A DNA stretch of 64,000 nt from Candidatus Dadabacteria bacterium (GTDB lineage Bacteria > Desulfobacterota_D > UBA1144 > Nemesobacterales > Nemesobacteraceae): positions 6,696 to 70,695 of the forward strand of contig CATOTB010000006.1 of assembly GCA_951812945.1 (NCBI GenBank). Direction: 5' to 3'. How positions within the stretch are numbered: the stretch's first letter is position 1; the number at the start of each line of letters is the position of its first letter. Of this stretch, positions 8,130 through 19,766 are shown in pieces. The notes beneath the pieces were generated by a model, which had not been told where the DNA came from, ran no database searches, and saw only the letters and a list, made by a program, of their open reading frames with translations. A program made the translations under genes and the position numbers.

Positions 8130-10862
8130 TTATTTGAGGCCGAGGTCAGTGGATATTCGCGTATGGTTTCCTGTTTCCGGGAGAATTTCAACCCGCTTTT
8201 CTGATTCCTGGGGTTTCGGATCATAAAAAATTTCCTTCTCGTTTGCCAAAAACAGATCTTTCCACAACGCGTATCCCTTTCTGTTCATGTGAAGACCGTC
8301 TTCGGTGAACAGTTCTTCTCTTATATCTCCGTTCTCATTTAGCATGTAGTCGTAGATGTTTAGGTAAAAGGCGTTTGGCTCTCTTGACAGGAACTGTCTT
8401 ACTAGATCGTTTGACGCTTTGATTCTGTCAATAAAATGGACCCTTACGGGACTCGGTTTTATGGAAACGAACGTCATTTTTGTGTGAGGATAGGATTCTC
8501 TGAAGCGGTGGTAAAAATCCAGAAAGAAATTCAGTACCTGCTTTGGAATGCAGCCGTCCCCTATATCGTTATCGCCCGCGTAGAAAACCAGGGATTTAAC
8601 GTCACCCGGTTTTATAAGCCGCTCGAAATAGTGGAGGCAGTAGGCGATTCTGGCGCCTCCGAAACCAAGATTCACAATGTTGTATTCTGGGAAATCCCTT
8701 GCCATGCCTCTCCAGAGGCGGAAACTTGAGCTGCCGTAAAATACCGTCGCGTCATTCTTTTTCCCGACATGGCGTCTTTCAATTATCCTCACGTCCTGTT
8801 CGAACAGGTTTTTATCGATTGCCGGGAAGTCTTTTTCAACCTGCTCAAAGGTTTTTAGGTTGATCTTTGAGGATTCCACCCGCCTTGCAAGTCCCGCCGC
8901 CTCTTCCACATATCTTCTGTACTCGTTTCCGTATTCCCGGATGAACTCAAAGAGCTTGTCTTTGTTTTCCTCGGGATTCTTTACGTAGTCGGATATCCTG
9001 AATGGCTTTTTTATCACCAGAGAAAACACGTTCTGGTTTATTCTTTTATCAAAATTCGCCACCGCAACGGGAACGATATATGGCTCGGGCGAGATGGACG
9101 CGGCCAGAAGAAAAGCGCCGAGTTTGAACGGACCGGGAGACTCCTCTGTCGTCATGCTGGTTCCCTCAGGACTTATTACTATGTTAAATCCTTTTCTTAG
9201 GTGCTCTTTGGCCGTTTCATAGAACCTTTTCCGCCACGCTTTTCTCCGCTCGGGGGTTTCCTGCGAAAGATCGGATTCGTCGGTGTAAACGTTTATATGA
9301 CCGAGTCTTTCGTAGTAGTACTCATGTCCGTATTCCTCCGCTCTTGGAACGCGTATGACGCGGATCCCGGCTTCGCCGTACTTGGCGTAGAGAACCATTG
9401 AGCTTATGAAGTGGGAATCAAGCGTAATCTGAAAATGGTTGGGGAGGGTGTTGTAGGGATGATTAAGCAGATGATTGTATATGAAGATGTGCCCGGGTTC
9501 GTCGGGCAAATTCTCCCAGCCTTCGATTACGTAAGGGGTGCTATTGAAAACTCCCGCGAACTGCTTGGCCGCCATGGTTCTTATTTCGCTTGGAGAAAGC
9601 GACTTGGGTGCGGCGGTCACGGACTGATAGACGTTTTTTAGTCCCTCGAAAAAGTTGTATTCCTTGTAGATCTTTCCGAGAATATCGAGACTGAGACGGG
9701 ACAGTTCCCTCTCAAGGCTTTCGCCTTCTTTTTCCAGTCTGAACAGAAGCCGGAAAGCGTCATCAAGGGTAAGCGGGCTGTTTAGCAGATGGGGAAGTTT
9801 ATGAATGGGGGAGGTTACGCTTAACTGCATAGAGTTCTGCTCGATAAGGTTGCTTATGGCCAGTATTTCGCGTTCGTATCTCTGTGATATGAGTCCCGCG
9901 CGGGCGTTTCGAAGCCGGATTGACACCAGCCACAGTAGCCTTCTGGCAAGAGCCAGTGCCGAGGAAGGATCCTGATAGAGAATCTTATGAAGGTTGCGGG
10001 CGCTTATGTGATAGATGACCGAATTTCTGCTCGCAACGCCGGTAACGTCGTTTGATCCGGCTGGAGCGGCGCCCATCCAGCCGACCATATATCCCGGGAG
10101 GTTGATCAGGTGAAGCGCGACGGAATCCTCGATTCCGCCCTGCGAACCGTCGGGGGAGAAGCATAGCACCGCCTTTCCGTAAGCCAGTATGTCTATTCCT
10201 CTCGAGGTATCCCCTTGGCTGAATATGGGTTCGTTGTTTAGATAGTATTTTTTCTGGGTCGCTTTTGCCAACTGGCGCAGTGTCTTGTCGGGAAAAACCT
10301 CGAAGAAGGGGGATTGCCTCAGGAGTGCAAGAGGGTTGGGTACGGATATGTATTTTCCTTCCTGGGAAAAACCGCCCGTTTTTCCCGCCTCGATGTCCCA
10401 GTTGACGTTGTTGTATTCCGCAAGCTCGGCTCTAACATGCTTTAGAAGGTTTATGCTTTTGCCGAGAACGAAAAGCAGGAATTCGCGTCCCAGAAGGGGT
10501 TCCTGGTCAAAGAATCTTTCAAGATTCTGGTGACTCCACTTTAGCAGGACGCAGGGCCTCTCGCATGTGATCGTTGTGTAGTAGCGTTTGGGAGAGCGGA
10601 AGCCTGACCAGCCTACGGGAGTGAATTTTTCGTCGCTCTTGCCCACCGAGAATTCATTGGTTCTGTCTTCGACGCTGATTGAAAAATTCACCAGACCTTC
10701 TATAAGGAAGTAGAAAGAATGGCTCGGTTCGAACTGTTTGGTGAGGACGTAGCGTTCGGGAACTTCTATCAGTTCGCCGATTTTAAGCAGGAAATCGGTT
10801 TTGTCTTTCTCGAAATTCGAAACGAATGGAAGTTCGTTGAATATCTCTGTTTTTTCCCACAT
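8130..10862 (-). CDS. multidomain protein: 2 cyclic-nucleotide-binding-like domains + PlsC-like acyltransferase + SGNH/GDSL hydrolase
   Basis: cNMP-like segments (ELPFVSNF...FYFLIEGLV...VGWSG; QSPFFEVF...IFSQGD...VGWMG); acyltransferase blocks IFIYNH, ISPEGT, IVPVAV; SGNH blocks FYGSSS, NLGFGG, YAGDND, DGLH. Confidence 0.8.
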   Translation of the reverse strand: MWEKTEIFNELPFVSNFEKDKTDFLLKIGELIEVPERYVLTKQFEPSHSFYFLIEGLVNFSISVEDRTNEFSVGKSDEKFTPVGWSGFRSPKRYYTTITCERPCVLLKWSHQNLERFFDQEPLLGREFLLFVLGKSINLLKHVRAELAEYNNVNWDIEAGKTGGFSQEGKYISVPNPLALLRQSPFFEVFPDKTLRQLAKATQKKYYLNNEPIFSQGDTSRGIDILAYGKAVLCFSPDGSQGGIEDSVALHLINLPGYMVGWMGAAPAGSNDVTGVASRNSVIYHISARNLHKILYQDPSSALALARRLLWLVSIRLRNARAGLISQRYEREILAISNLIEQNSMQLSVTSPIHKLPHLLNSPLTLDDAFRLLFRLEKEGESLERELSRLSLDILGKIYKEYNFFEGLKNVYQSVTAAPKSLSPSEIRTMAAKQFAGVFNSTPYVIEGWENLPDEPGHIFIYNHLLNHPYNTLPNHFQITLDSHFISSMVLYAKYGEAGIRVIRVPRAEEYGHEYYYERLGHINVYTDESDLSQETPERRKAWRKRFYETAKEHLRKGFNIVISPEGTSMTTEESPGPFKLGAFLLAASISPEPYIVPVAVANFDKRINQNVFSLVIKKPFRISDYVKNPEENKDKLFEFIREYGNEYRRYVEEAAGLARRVESSKINLKTFEQVEKDFPAIDKNLFEQDVRIIERRHVGKKNDATVFYGSSSFRLWRGMARDFPEYNIVNLGFGGARIAYCLHYFERLIKPGDVKSLVFYAGDNDIGDGCIPKQVLNFFLDFYHRFRESYPHTKMTFVSIKPSPVRVHFIDRIKASNDLVRQFLSREPNAFYLNIYDYMLNENGDIREELFTEDGLHMNRKGYALWKDLFLANEKEIFYDPKPQESEKRVEILPETGNHTRISTDLGLK

Positions 10863-11016
10863 GAAAATAAATCATACCTTTTTTGTCGCCATAATATACT
10901 TGTCATCCGAAGCCGTGTAACTATTCAGATAGGACGCAGGATTTTTCGCAATTCCGTTGAAAATAATTTATGCTGTTTGGAAAATTTCCAGACCATTTTT
11001 TTCAAGGAGCTTCAAG

Positions 11017-11319
11017 GTGATAAAACATATAGTAATGTGGAAACTAAAGGATTCACACGAAGGAATGAGTAAGGATGAATGTATAGCCAAGATCAAGCAG
11101 GAACTAGAGGGGCTAAAAAGCGCCATTCCGGAGATAAAGACAATGGAGCTTGGCAAGAATTTTAACGAGCTTCCCGTTTCGTTCGATGTTGCTCTTTATT
11201 CCGAGTTTGAATCCATGGAAGATCTCGAAATCTACCAGAAACACCCCGAGCACGTGAAGGTCGCCCAGTTCATCCGGCAGATAAGAACGGATGTGGCTCT
11301 TGCCGACTACGAAACGTAG
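11017..11319 (+). CDS. Dabb (stress-responsive A/B barrel) protein
   Basis: GTG after AAGGAG; IKHIVMWKLK...LYSEFES...YQKHPEH...DYE. Confidence 0.9.
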   Translation: MIKHIVMWKLKDSHEGMSKDECIAKIKQELEGLKSAIPEIKTMELGKNFNELPVSFDVALYSEFESMEDLEIYQKHPEHVKVAQFIRQIRTDVALADYET

Positions 11320-11333
11320 TTTTTAGCCTTTGC

Positions 11334-11379
11334 TCAAACGGAACTTTTCGGGTTGTTGTCTTGATGAGTCCGTTTTTGA
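11334..11379. terminator. hairpin between the convergent Dabb and hipA genes
   Basis: TCAAACGGA...TCCGTTTTTGA imperfect inverted repeat. Confidence 0.5.
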
Positions 11380-11380
11380 T

Positions 11381-12652
11381 TCAATCGGCAGTCTCAATCC
11401 GAAAATCTGCGGAAAGCAGTCGCCAGTGTTCTTTGAGTTGTTCTTTGTGAGCGTGATTCGCGGGCAGGTCACCAAGAGATTTTGGCCAGAGAGAACGCGC
11501 TTTATCCAGTGTATCGTCAAGCTGCGGTTTAATGGCTTTCCAAGGAATATCGGCTTTATTGGCCCAGGCTCTGAAATGATCAAAAGTGATTTTGTACCAA
11601 TTCTTGTTTCCACCCAAATTTAACGCATACTCCCTTTCATCACCCATATAAACACGAGTGATCACGATATCGTATGCGAGGGAAAGTTCGGGAGTAACCG
11701 TGTCGGGATAGACCAGAGACCAGTTTTTTAAATGCGCATCACCATTGGCTAGAAGAATGTTAGTCAGTAATCGTCGGGCGAATTGCTGGACGTTTTTGAG
11801 GCCGTCGCCAGTGTACTGATAGATGATCTTACCTATCTGTCCGTAATTCGGACCGTCGTACTTTTGCCATGAGTACTTAGCCAGAACCTGGGCGAAGTCT
11901 TCGGTGTGAATGCGTTGTCCATCCTTGCGGTCAAATCTTCGTATGGCAAATGCGAATTCTTCGTCAGGGAGACTTATGGCGGGGAGTTTATCGAGAGCGT
12001 CCACTTTAACCAAACGGGTATCCGGTATATCAATTCCCGCTTTTTGCGCAAGCCGCATGGCGGTGAATTCGTTTAGGGGAACGAGTTTGTGTCTGGTGGA
12101 CGGGGTTTTGATAATCCAGTCCCCAAGATTTCCAGATTCAGCAATCCGGTAGCGTCCATCCCGTTCCCGCATCGAAAATTTCATTTGTACGCCGGCAAGA
12201 GAAAAATGTTTTGCATCACTCTGCATATTGGCTTTAATGACTTTTGCCTTGGGAGTTAATACGTAGTCGGGAACATCATCAGGTTCTGTGGCGGTGACGA
12301 TTAGAGCTCCAGGAAGATCTTGCCCAAGGCTGGCGAGCAGTGCGAATTCATTATCAATATGAATTTTCAGATATTGAGCCAGCAATTCTCTCAATACTCC
12401 TTCGGGCAGCAGGTTGGAGAGCACAGGGTGCAGCCGTTGTCTCCTTGACCAGGGTTTTGCGAGCACCTTTTTTACGTTAGGAAAATCTGGATGCGTTGTC
12501 AGAGTGAAGGTCGGTCGCGAACTGTTACCTGTAAACTCGGGCGCAAACGTAAGGGTGCTTCGACCGTCCTTATGGCCCGTCAGATATCCGACCTTTGTTC
12601 TGTGCAAGGTGAGTTCTAAAACATGGATTTGTTCTGTGCCGCTCACGATCAT
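11381..12652 (-). CDS. hipA: HipA-family Ser/Thr kinase toxin
   Basis: NLLPEG, SLAGVQMK, IIKTP, NEF, RRFDR, HTEDFAQ, NGDAHLKNWS, AYDI. ATG 12652 overlaps the antitoxin stop (ATGA) and has a GGAGG RBS. Confidence 0.95.
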   Translation of the reverse strand: MIVSGTEQIHVLELTLHRTKVGYLTGHKDGRSTLTFAPEFTGNSSRPTFTLTTHPDFPNVKKVLAKPWSRRQRLHPVLSNLLPEGVLRELLAQYLKIHIDNEFALLASLGQDLPGALIVTATEPDDVPDYVLTPKAKVIKANMQSDAKHFSLAGVQMKFSMRERDGRYRIAESGNLGDWIIKTPSTRHKLVPLNEFTAMRLAQKAGIDIPDTRLVKVDALDKLPAISLPDEEFAFAIRRFDRKDGQRIHTEDFAQVLAKYSWQKYDGPNYGQIGKIIYQYTGDGLKNVQQFARRLLTNILLANGDAHLKNWSLVYPDTVTPELSLAYDIVITRVYMGDEREYALNLGGNKNWYKITFDHFRAWANKADIPWKAIKPQLDDTLDKARSLWPKSLGDLPANHAHKEQLKEHWRLLSADFRIETAD

Positions 12653-12966
12653 TCCTCCAGCAGCCCTTCCCAAGGATCATCGGGAGGAGGGTCCGCAGCA
12701 AGGCCAATATTAATTCTAGGGCCGGAACCTATATCGGTTCTTTCTTCCAGTATGTCGCGAACCAAGCGCAGTTTTTCCTGCGGGATAAGCAGTACCTCCA
12801 TCCTAAGCCCTTTGGCAACCAGTTCAAGAGTGTCCAAGCGTGGGTTGCCCTTGGATTCCAGCCGCTGATACTGCTGTCTTGGCATACCGACGCGCAGCAT
12901 CATATCTTTTTGTTTCAGGCCGAGTTCCTTTCGACGGATTTTAATCTGATCGCGTATTTTGCTCAT
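12649..12966 (-). CDS. hipB: HipB-like XRE helix-turn-helix antitoxin
   Basis: IKIRRKELGLKQKD...QYQRLESKGNPRLDTL; directly upstream of hipA. Confidence 0.88.
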   Translation of the reverse strand: MSKIRDQIKIRRKELGLKQKDMMLRVGMPRQQYQRLESKGNPRLDTLELVAKGLRMEVLLIPQEKLRLVRDILEERTDIGSGPRINIGLAADPPPDDPWEGLLEE

Positions 12967-13056
12967 TTTGGTTTTTTCTCCAAATTATATTTGTAAATAA
13001 ATAAGATGCTTTTAATGATTATAACAATATTTTAATTTCTTTTTAATTAATTGCAA

Positions 13057-13077
13057 TAGATAAATTGTTTTTATCTA
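13057..13077. promoter_or_regulatory. candidate hipBA operator
   Basis: Perfect inverted repeat TAGATAAA-N5-TTTATCTA in the very AT-rich region upstream of the antitoxin. Confidence 0.4.
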
Positions 13078-13170
13078 AAAAAGAATCATATATATATCTT
13101 TTGGAAAAACATACAATACTCTGGATGAAAATCTTGAGCCGTCTTATGGAGAAGATTCGAAAGGTATTAA

Positions 13171-13210
13171 GCTACTTCGGGCATAAGAACATTTGTCTTC
13201 CCGAAGTAGC
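13171..13210 (-). terminator. stem-loop directly after tsaD
   Basis: GCTACTTCGGG...CCCGAAGTAGC perfect 11-bp stem. Confidence 0.6.
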
Positions 13211-13211
13211 C

Positions 13212-14219
13212 TTAAGAGGTTTTCCGCCTGGCAGTTGAATAAGGGGATATATCAAGCGTGGATACTCTGTTATCCGCGTACATGTGGTAACCAAGCGTGG
13301 CTATCATTGCTGCGTTATCGGTGCAGAGGGCAGGAGAGGGCATGAAAACGTTTATCCCCTCGCTTCCGATTCTCTCTTCGCTAAGCTGCCTTAGCCTTGA
13401 ATTGCAGGCTACCCCGCCTGCTAAAACGACGCTTTTTACCCCGTTCTTCCTCGCGGCGTTAAGCGTCTTATTAACAAGGGTTTCCACTATGGCTTCCTGA
13501 AAACCGGCGCATACGTTGTGGAGATTTTCTTCGCTTTCAACAGGGTTTTTCTTTATGTGGTTTAAAAGTGCGGTTTTAAGCCCGCTGAAGCTGAAATCAT
13601 GGGATTTATTGTTAAACGGTCTTGGAAAACTGATTGCGTCGGGGTCACCGTTTTTTGAAAGCCTGTCTATTTCGACTCCTCCGGGGTATCCGAGCCCGAG
13701 AGCCTTTGCGCCCTTGTCAAAAGCCTCTCCCGCGGCGTCGTCCCTCGTGCTTCCAAGCAGTTCGAAGTCAAGAACCCCCCTTACCATGTAAAGGTTCGTG
13801 TGTCCTCCCGAAACTATGAGGGCCACAAAGGGGAAATCAATTTCGTTCTCAAGATGTGCCACCGCTATGTGTGCTTCCAGGTGGTTTACCCCGACAAGGG
13901 GTTTTCCGTGGGAAAACGCAAGCGCCTTCGCAGTTGAAATTCCGACCATAAGAGAGCCTATGAGCCCAGGTCCCTGGGTTACCGCTACGGCGTCCACTTC
14001 CCCGGCGGAAGCCTCGGCAGTCTCAAGAGCCTGGTTGATTACCTGGAGGATTATTTCCGTGTGCATGCGCGACGCTATCTCCGGCACTACTCCGCCGAAG
14101 GCGTTATGAACGTCAATCTGCGAGGAAACCACGTTTGAGAGCATATGCTTTCCGTCTCTTATCACTGCCGCGGAAGTTTCATCGCATGATGTTTCAATAC
14201 CCAGAATTAGAGAGGACAT
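13212..14219 (-). CDS. tsaD: tRNA N6-threonylcarbamoyltransferase
   Basis: LGIETSCDETS, GGVVPEIASRMH, NHLEAH, VSGGHT, DDAAGEAFDK, CTDNAAMI. Confidence 0.98.
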   Translation of the reverse strand: MSSLILGIETSCDETSAAVIRDGKHMLSNVVSSQIDVHNAFGGVVPEIASRMHTEIILQVINQALETAEASAGEVDAVAVTQGPGLIGSLMVGISTAKALAFSHGKPLVGVNHLEAHIAVAHLENEIDFPFVALIVSGGHTNLYMVRGVLDFELLGSTRDDAAGEAFDKGAKALGLGYPGGVEIDRLSKNGDPDAISFPRPFNNKSHDFSFSGLKTALLNHIKKNPVESEENLHNVCAGFQEAIVETLVNKTLNAARKNGVKSVVLAGGVACNSRLRQLSEERIGSEGINVFMPSPALCTDNAAMIATLGYHMYADNRVSTLDISPYSTARRKTS

Positions 14220-14386
14220 GAACCGAACCTTTTTTAGAAATAATAAGAGTAATAACTTTACCCAAGTGCCCGATTTAGTGAACCATGTACCAGAAAAAAG
14301 TCTTCACACTTACCTTGTTTCCGTGCTAACATGTACCGGTTGACATTGGCCCGGTTTAAAACTGTTTTTATATCGAAGAATTTACG

Positions 14387-15604
14387 ATGCAGAGAATTTT
14401 GAAGTTGCTGATTCCGTGTTTTCTTGTTTTCCTCTTACTTGGCTGTGACTGCGGGAGGAAAGACGCCACAGATGGACAGGTTGAAGCTCCCGTTGAACCG
14501 GTTTCACCGGAAATTCCCGCTGAACCTGTAGTACCTTCGGAAATTCCTACGGACCCCATGCTCTCGCGCATATCTCTCCCTGAGGGCTTCTCCATTTCAC
14601 TTTATTCAAACGAAGTGCCTGGCGCGCGTTCGCTCGCACTTGGCGCCAAGGGCACATTGTTTGTCGGCACCAGATCTAGGACTGTGTACGCCCTTAGTGA
14701 TAAAGACGGCGATAACTACGCCGAAACCGTCCGTATGATCGCAGACGACCTTAACACTCCAAACGGCGTTGCGTTTCGTAAAGGATCTCTTTACGTAGCG
14801 GAAATAAACCGGATTCTCCGCTATGACGAAATCGAGAACAATCTATCAACTCCTCCGGACCCCGTAGCTATAGTTGATACGCTCCCGAGGGATACGCATC
14901 ATGGGTGGAAATTCATCCGGTTCGGACCCGACGGGAAGCTCTACGTCCCGGTCGGAGCGCCGTGCAACGTTTGTAAAAGGAACGACGAGCGCTATGCGGC
15001 GATCTCGAGAATTGATCCCGACGGGGGAAATTTTGAGGTTTTTGCGCACGGTGTGAGAAATACCGTGGGTTTTGACTGGCATCCGGAATCGGAAGAGCTC
15101 TGGTTTACTGATAACGGAAGAGATAATATCAGTAGCGACCCGCGAATTAATGATAATAGCCCTCCAGACGAACTTAACCGCGCCGCCACCGCGGGGCTTC
15201 ATTTCGGTTTTCCGTACTGTCATGGAAGAGATGTTAGGGACCCGCAGTTCGGCTCGGAGCGCGGCTGCGGCGAATTCACTCCTCCCCAGTGGGAACTGCC
15301 CGCACATGTCGCGGCCCTTGGAATGAGGTTTTATACGGGTTCCATGTTTCCCGAGTCTTGGAGTAACGTGATTTTCATTGCGGAGCACGGTTCTTGGAAC
15401 AGAAGCATTCCCATAGGTTACAGGGTGACTTCTGTGCGCCTCGACGAATCGGGGGAAGCGGCTTCATACGATGTGTTTGCCCAGGGATGGTTAGGAAGCA
15501 ACGGAGCAGCGTGGGGAAGGCCAGTTGACGTTCTAGTCGCCCCCGACGGAGCGCTACTCGTATCAGATGACCTCAGAGGAGCCGTTTACAGGGTTTCCCG
15601 CTGA
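14387..15604 (+). CDS. PQQ-dependent sugar/sorbosone dehydrogenase family beta-propeller lipoprotein
   Basis: Lipobox LLGC; FGPDGKLYVPVGAPCNVC, GVRNTVGFDWHP, PPDELN, HGSWNR, GRPVDV...DGALLVSDD. Confidence 0.9.
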   Translation: MQRILKLLIPCFLVFLLLGCDCGRKDATDGQVEAPVEPVSPEIPAEPVVPSEIPTDPMLSRISLPEGFSISLYSNEVPGARSLALGAKGTLFVGTRSRTVYALSDKDGDNYAETVRMIADDLNTPNGVAFRKGSLYVAEINRILRYDEIENNLSTPPDPVAIVDTLPRDTHHGWKFIRFGPDGKLYVPVGAPCNVCKRNDERYAAISRIDPDGGNFEVFAHGVRNTVGFDWHPESEELWFTDNGRDNISSDPRINDNSPPDELNRAATAGLHFGFPYCHGRDVRDPQFGSERGCGEFTPPQWELPAHVAALGMRFYTGSMFPESWSNVIFIAEHGSWNRSIPIGYRVTSVRLDESGEAASYDVFAQGWLGSNGAAWGRPVDVLVAPDGALLVSDDLRGAVYRVSR

Positions 15605-15677
15605 CAGATCACAGCATCGCCGAGGCGTTTTTGTTATCCAAATTATTTGTAAAGGGACCTGTAATCCCCTAAACTAA

Positions 15678-17597
<1,920 letters not shown>

Positions 17598-17645
17598 ACA
17601 AATGTTTCTACATTCTTTTTGGTTTTAAGTGCCAAACCATAATAA

Positions 17646-18995
17646 CTACATATGTTCAGATTTTTCTCCTTTAACTGTGCGCTGTAATCCCTCGGGAGTA
17701 ACGCTTTCTGGATCAACTCGGTCCTCACGGACCCTAGGAGCCGGAGATTGATACGCGCGCAGACGTTGGCCAACAGTTTCATAAAAACCGGATACTAAAT
17801 TTTCTAACTCATCAATAAAGTTCTTTCGTTGTCCGAAACGCTTGGTCAACTGACGAATCATACAGACTTCAAATCTAAGAACATGCCGATCTTTGCTGTT
17901 TTCCCAAGCAATTCTTGAATTCTCTCTTAATTCTCCTAGAGCGTGTTGTGTGTGAGCTTTCCGACCGGGCCAATGTAGTTTTATGTGGATATCTGTTTCT
18001 GAGGATTTTTGTAATTGCTGTAGCAACCAACTGAGGCGAGAAGCAGTAGTTTTTCTGTTGTCGGGTGCTATCAGCATCATTGATGCACTGATAGTCCGTC
18101 TTTTTATGTCCACGACTACGTCAATTGATGCGGCGGCATTATGCACATCCAATCTAGCATTGAGTGTGTGGTTTTTAACAAGATTAGCGGTATCTTCCTT
18201 TGCACGAGTCACAGGGTCCAATTGAGAACGGGACAACTTTATTTCAACTTTAACATTAACTTGTCGGCTCAACATCAGACTAATATCCCGAACCTCTTGA
18301 TGCCAAGCGGCTACGACATCTTGTATCTCCTCGCTTTTTTGCTGAAGTGGAGCACCATCCGCAACTTTTTGCACAACCTCGGTCCACGCCGAGGGCATGC
18401 GGTCAAAGCTTTTTACTCCCGTGCTTGAGTGTGTAAGGAACCGTACCATCTCAGCCAAGATAAAATGCTGATCCTCGTCTTCAATGCTTTGATTGGAGAT
18501 GAGCAAATCAGCTTGCGTGATTATATACATCCATGACCAATGATAGATTTCTACCCTTGAGCGAGTCTTTGTAGATAACTTGATCGGGTGGTGGTCGGGC
18601 CTTGATGTGAATTGGTTTGAGATAGTGATTAAAGCATTAATATTATATTTTTTGGCAAGTTCTATGTAGTCAGCAATCTGCTCTTCACTCAATTTGGCAT
18701 TCCCGATTTTTGTTTCAATGAGTCCTCTCCATTCGCGTTTGCCGACCCTTAGAACAAGCAGACCATCTGGCCTATGTGTTTTTCCTTTAAAAACAACTTC
18801 GGTGTATGCTTTGAGATTTGCGCGTTTTCCAATCTTCTGATTAACCGAGGCTAGCATTGATTGACCAAATTCACGGACATGGACTAAGCATGATAAGAGA
18901 ATTGCTGTACTACGTCCTTCTTTTGAAGTATCTGCAAGAACTGGAAAAAGACGTGCTCTCTCACCACGCTCAAGATATTCGGGGAAATTACTCAT
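17646..18995 (-). CDS. PD-(D/E)XK nuclease-like protein with long C-terminal region
   Basis: TEVVF...RPDGLL...LIETK and downstream QIADY (QxxxY). AT-richer than flanks. Start ATG 18995 or TTG 19037. Confidence 0.7.
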   Translation of the reverse strand: MSNFPEYLERGERARLFPVLADTSKEGRSTAILLSCLVHVREFGQSMLASVNQKIGKRANLKAYTEVVFKGKTHRPDGLLVLRVGKREWRGLIETKIGNAKLSEEQIADYIELAKKYNINALITISNQFTSRPDHHPIKLSTKTRSRVEIYHWSWMYIITQADLLISNQSIEDEDQHFILAEMVRFLTHSSTGVKSFDRMPSAWTEVVQKVADGAPLQQKSEEIQDVVAAWHQEVRDISLMLSRQVNVKVEIKLSRSQLDPVTRAKEDTANLVKNHTLNARLDVHNAAASIDVVVDIKRRTISASMMLIAPDNRKTTASRLSWLLQQLQKSSETDIHIKLHWPGRKAHTQHALGELRENSRIAWENSKDRHVLRFEVCMIRQLTKRFGQRKNFIDELENLVSGFYETVGQRLRAYQSPAPRVREDRVDPESVTPEGLQRTVKGEKSEHM

Positions 18996-19145
18996 GACAG
19001 GAAATGCTAGTTTACCGTATGCATATCTTTTCTTCAAAACGACCTGTAGTAACTAGGGAATTATATAACTCTGTCTAGATTTTAAGGTAGTGCCCATGTC
19101 TACAAAGCTAGATTCAGAATCAGATCAAGTAATTGCAGGAGCCCG

Positions 19146-19766
19146 TCAAGGTTGTCGCTTAATCTTATGCTCAACATCCGAAATAGTCTCCTTCAAGTCC
19201 GTATAGCAACACTTGCGTGGCGAGAGCTTTTCGAGAGAACTCAGGCGAATGGTTTTTTGGTCTGGGCATTCTTGGTCAAGTGTCTTCGTTGGAAGAACAT
19301 AAAAATCCCATTTGCTTGTATTAAGAGGGTGAAGGGGCTTCTTCCCCTTAAATATGCAGAACACATAGATGTCGGCCCAACGTTTAATGCCTTCTCTATA
19401 CTCTCCGGTTTCAGCGTTCCAGCTTCTGTGGGGAGCGATCCCAAACTGAATAACCGAAGGCTTGGATTGTTCCCACGACTGCACGTATGCGGAACTCTTG
19501 ACTTCAATAGCGGTGCCGGATGCCATGCGGAGGTCAAACTCATCCCACTCTTTCCTTGGTTTTTTGTGGAAACCTAGTGCCGTCGCGATTAGAAATTCTG
19601 CCAGAATCCCACGGGAGGTGTTGTCCAGAAGTACGGAACCTGACCATTTCCAGTAATCAAGTAACCGCAGGGATTTTCTGACTCCCTTGCCGCGAAAAGG
19701 TTCATTGCCTTTCAGTAGTTTAAACTTGTGTTGCAACAAGCCGTCATTCATAAATACAGCATACAT
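19146..19766 (-). CDS. restriction-endonuclease-like PD-(D/E)XK protein
   Basis: RGILAEFL...WDEFDL...IEVKSSAY...ADIYVFC. Confidence 0.7.
   Translation of the reverse strand: MYAVFMNDGLLQHKFKLLKGNEPFRGKGVRKSLRLLDYWKWSGSVLLDNTSRGILAEFLIATALGFHKKPRKEWDEFDLRMASGTAIEVKSSAYVQSWEQSKPSVIQFGIAPHRSWNAETGEYREGIKRWADIYVFCIFKGKKPLHPLNTSKWDFYVLPTKTLDQECPDQKTIRLSSLEKLSPRKCCYTDLKETISDVEHKIKRQP

Noticed and set aside
10883-10905. GTCGCCATAATATAC resembles the XerC arm of a dif site
   Set aside because: The XerD arm (TTATGTTAAAT) is absent.
14284-14337. CATGTACC direct repeat in the tsaD/dehydrogenase divergent spacer
   Set aside because: Only 8 bp and two copies; compatible with chance.
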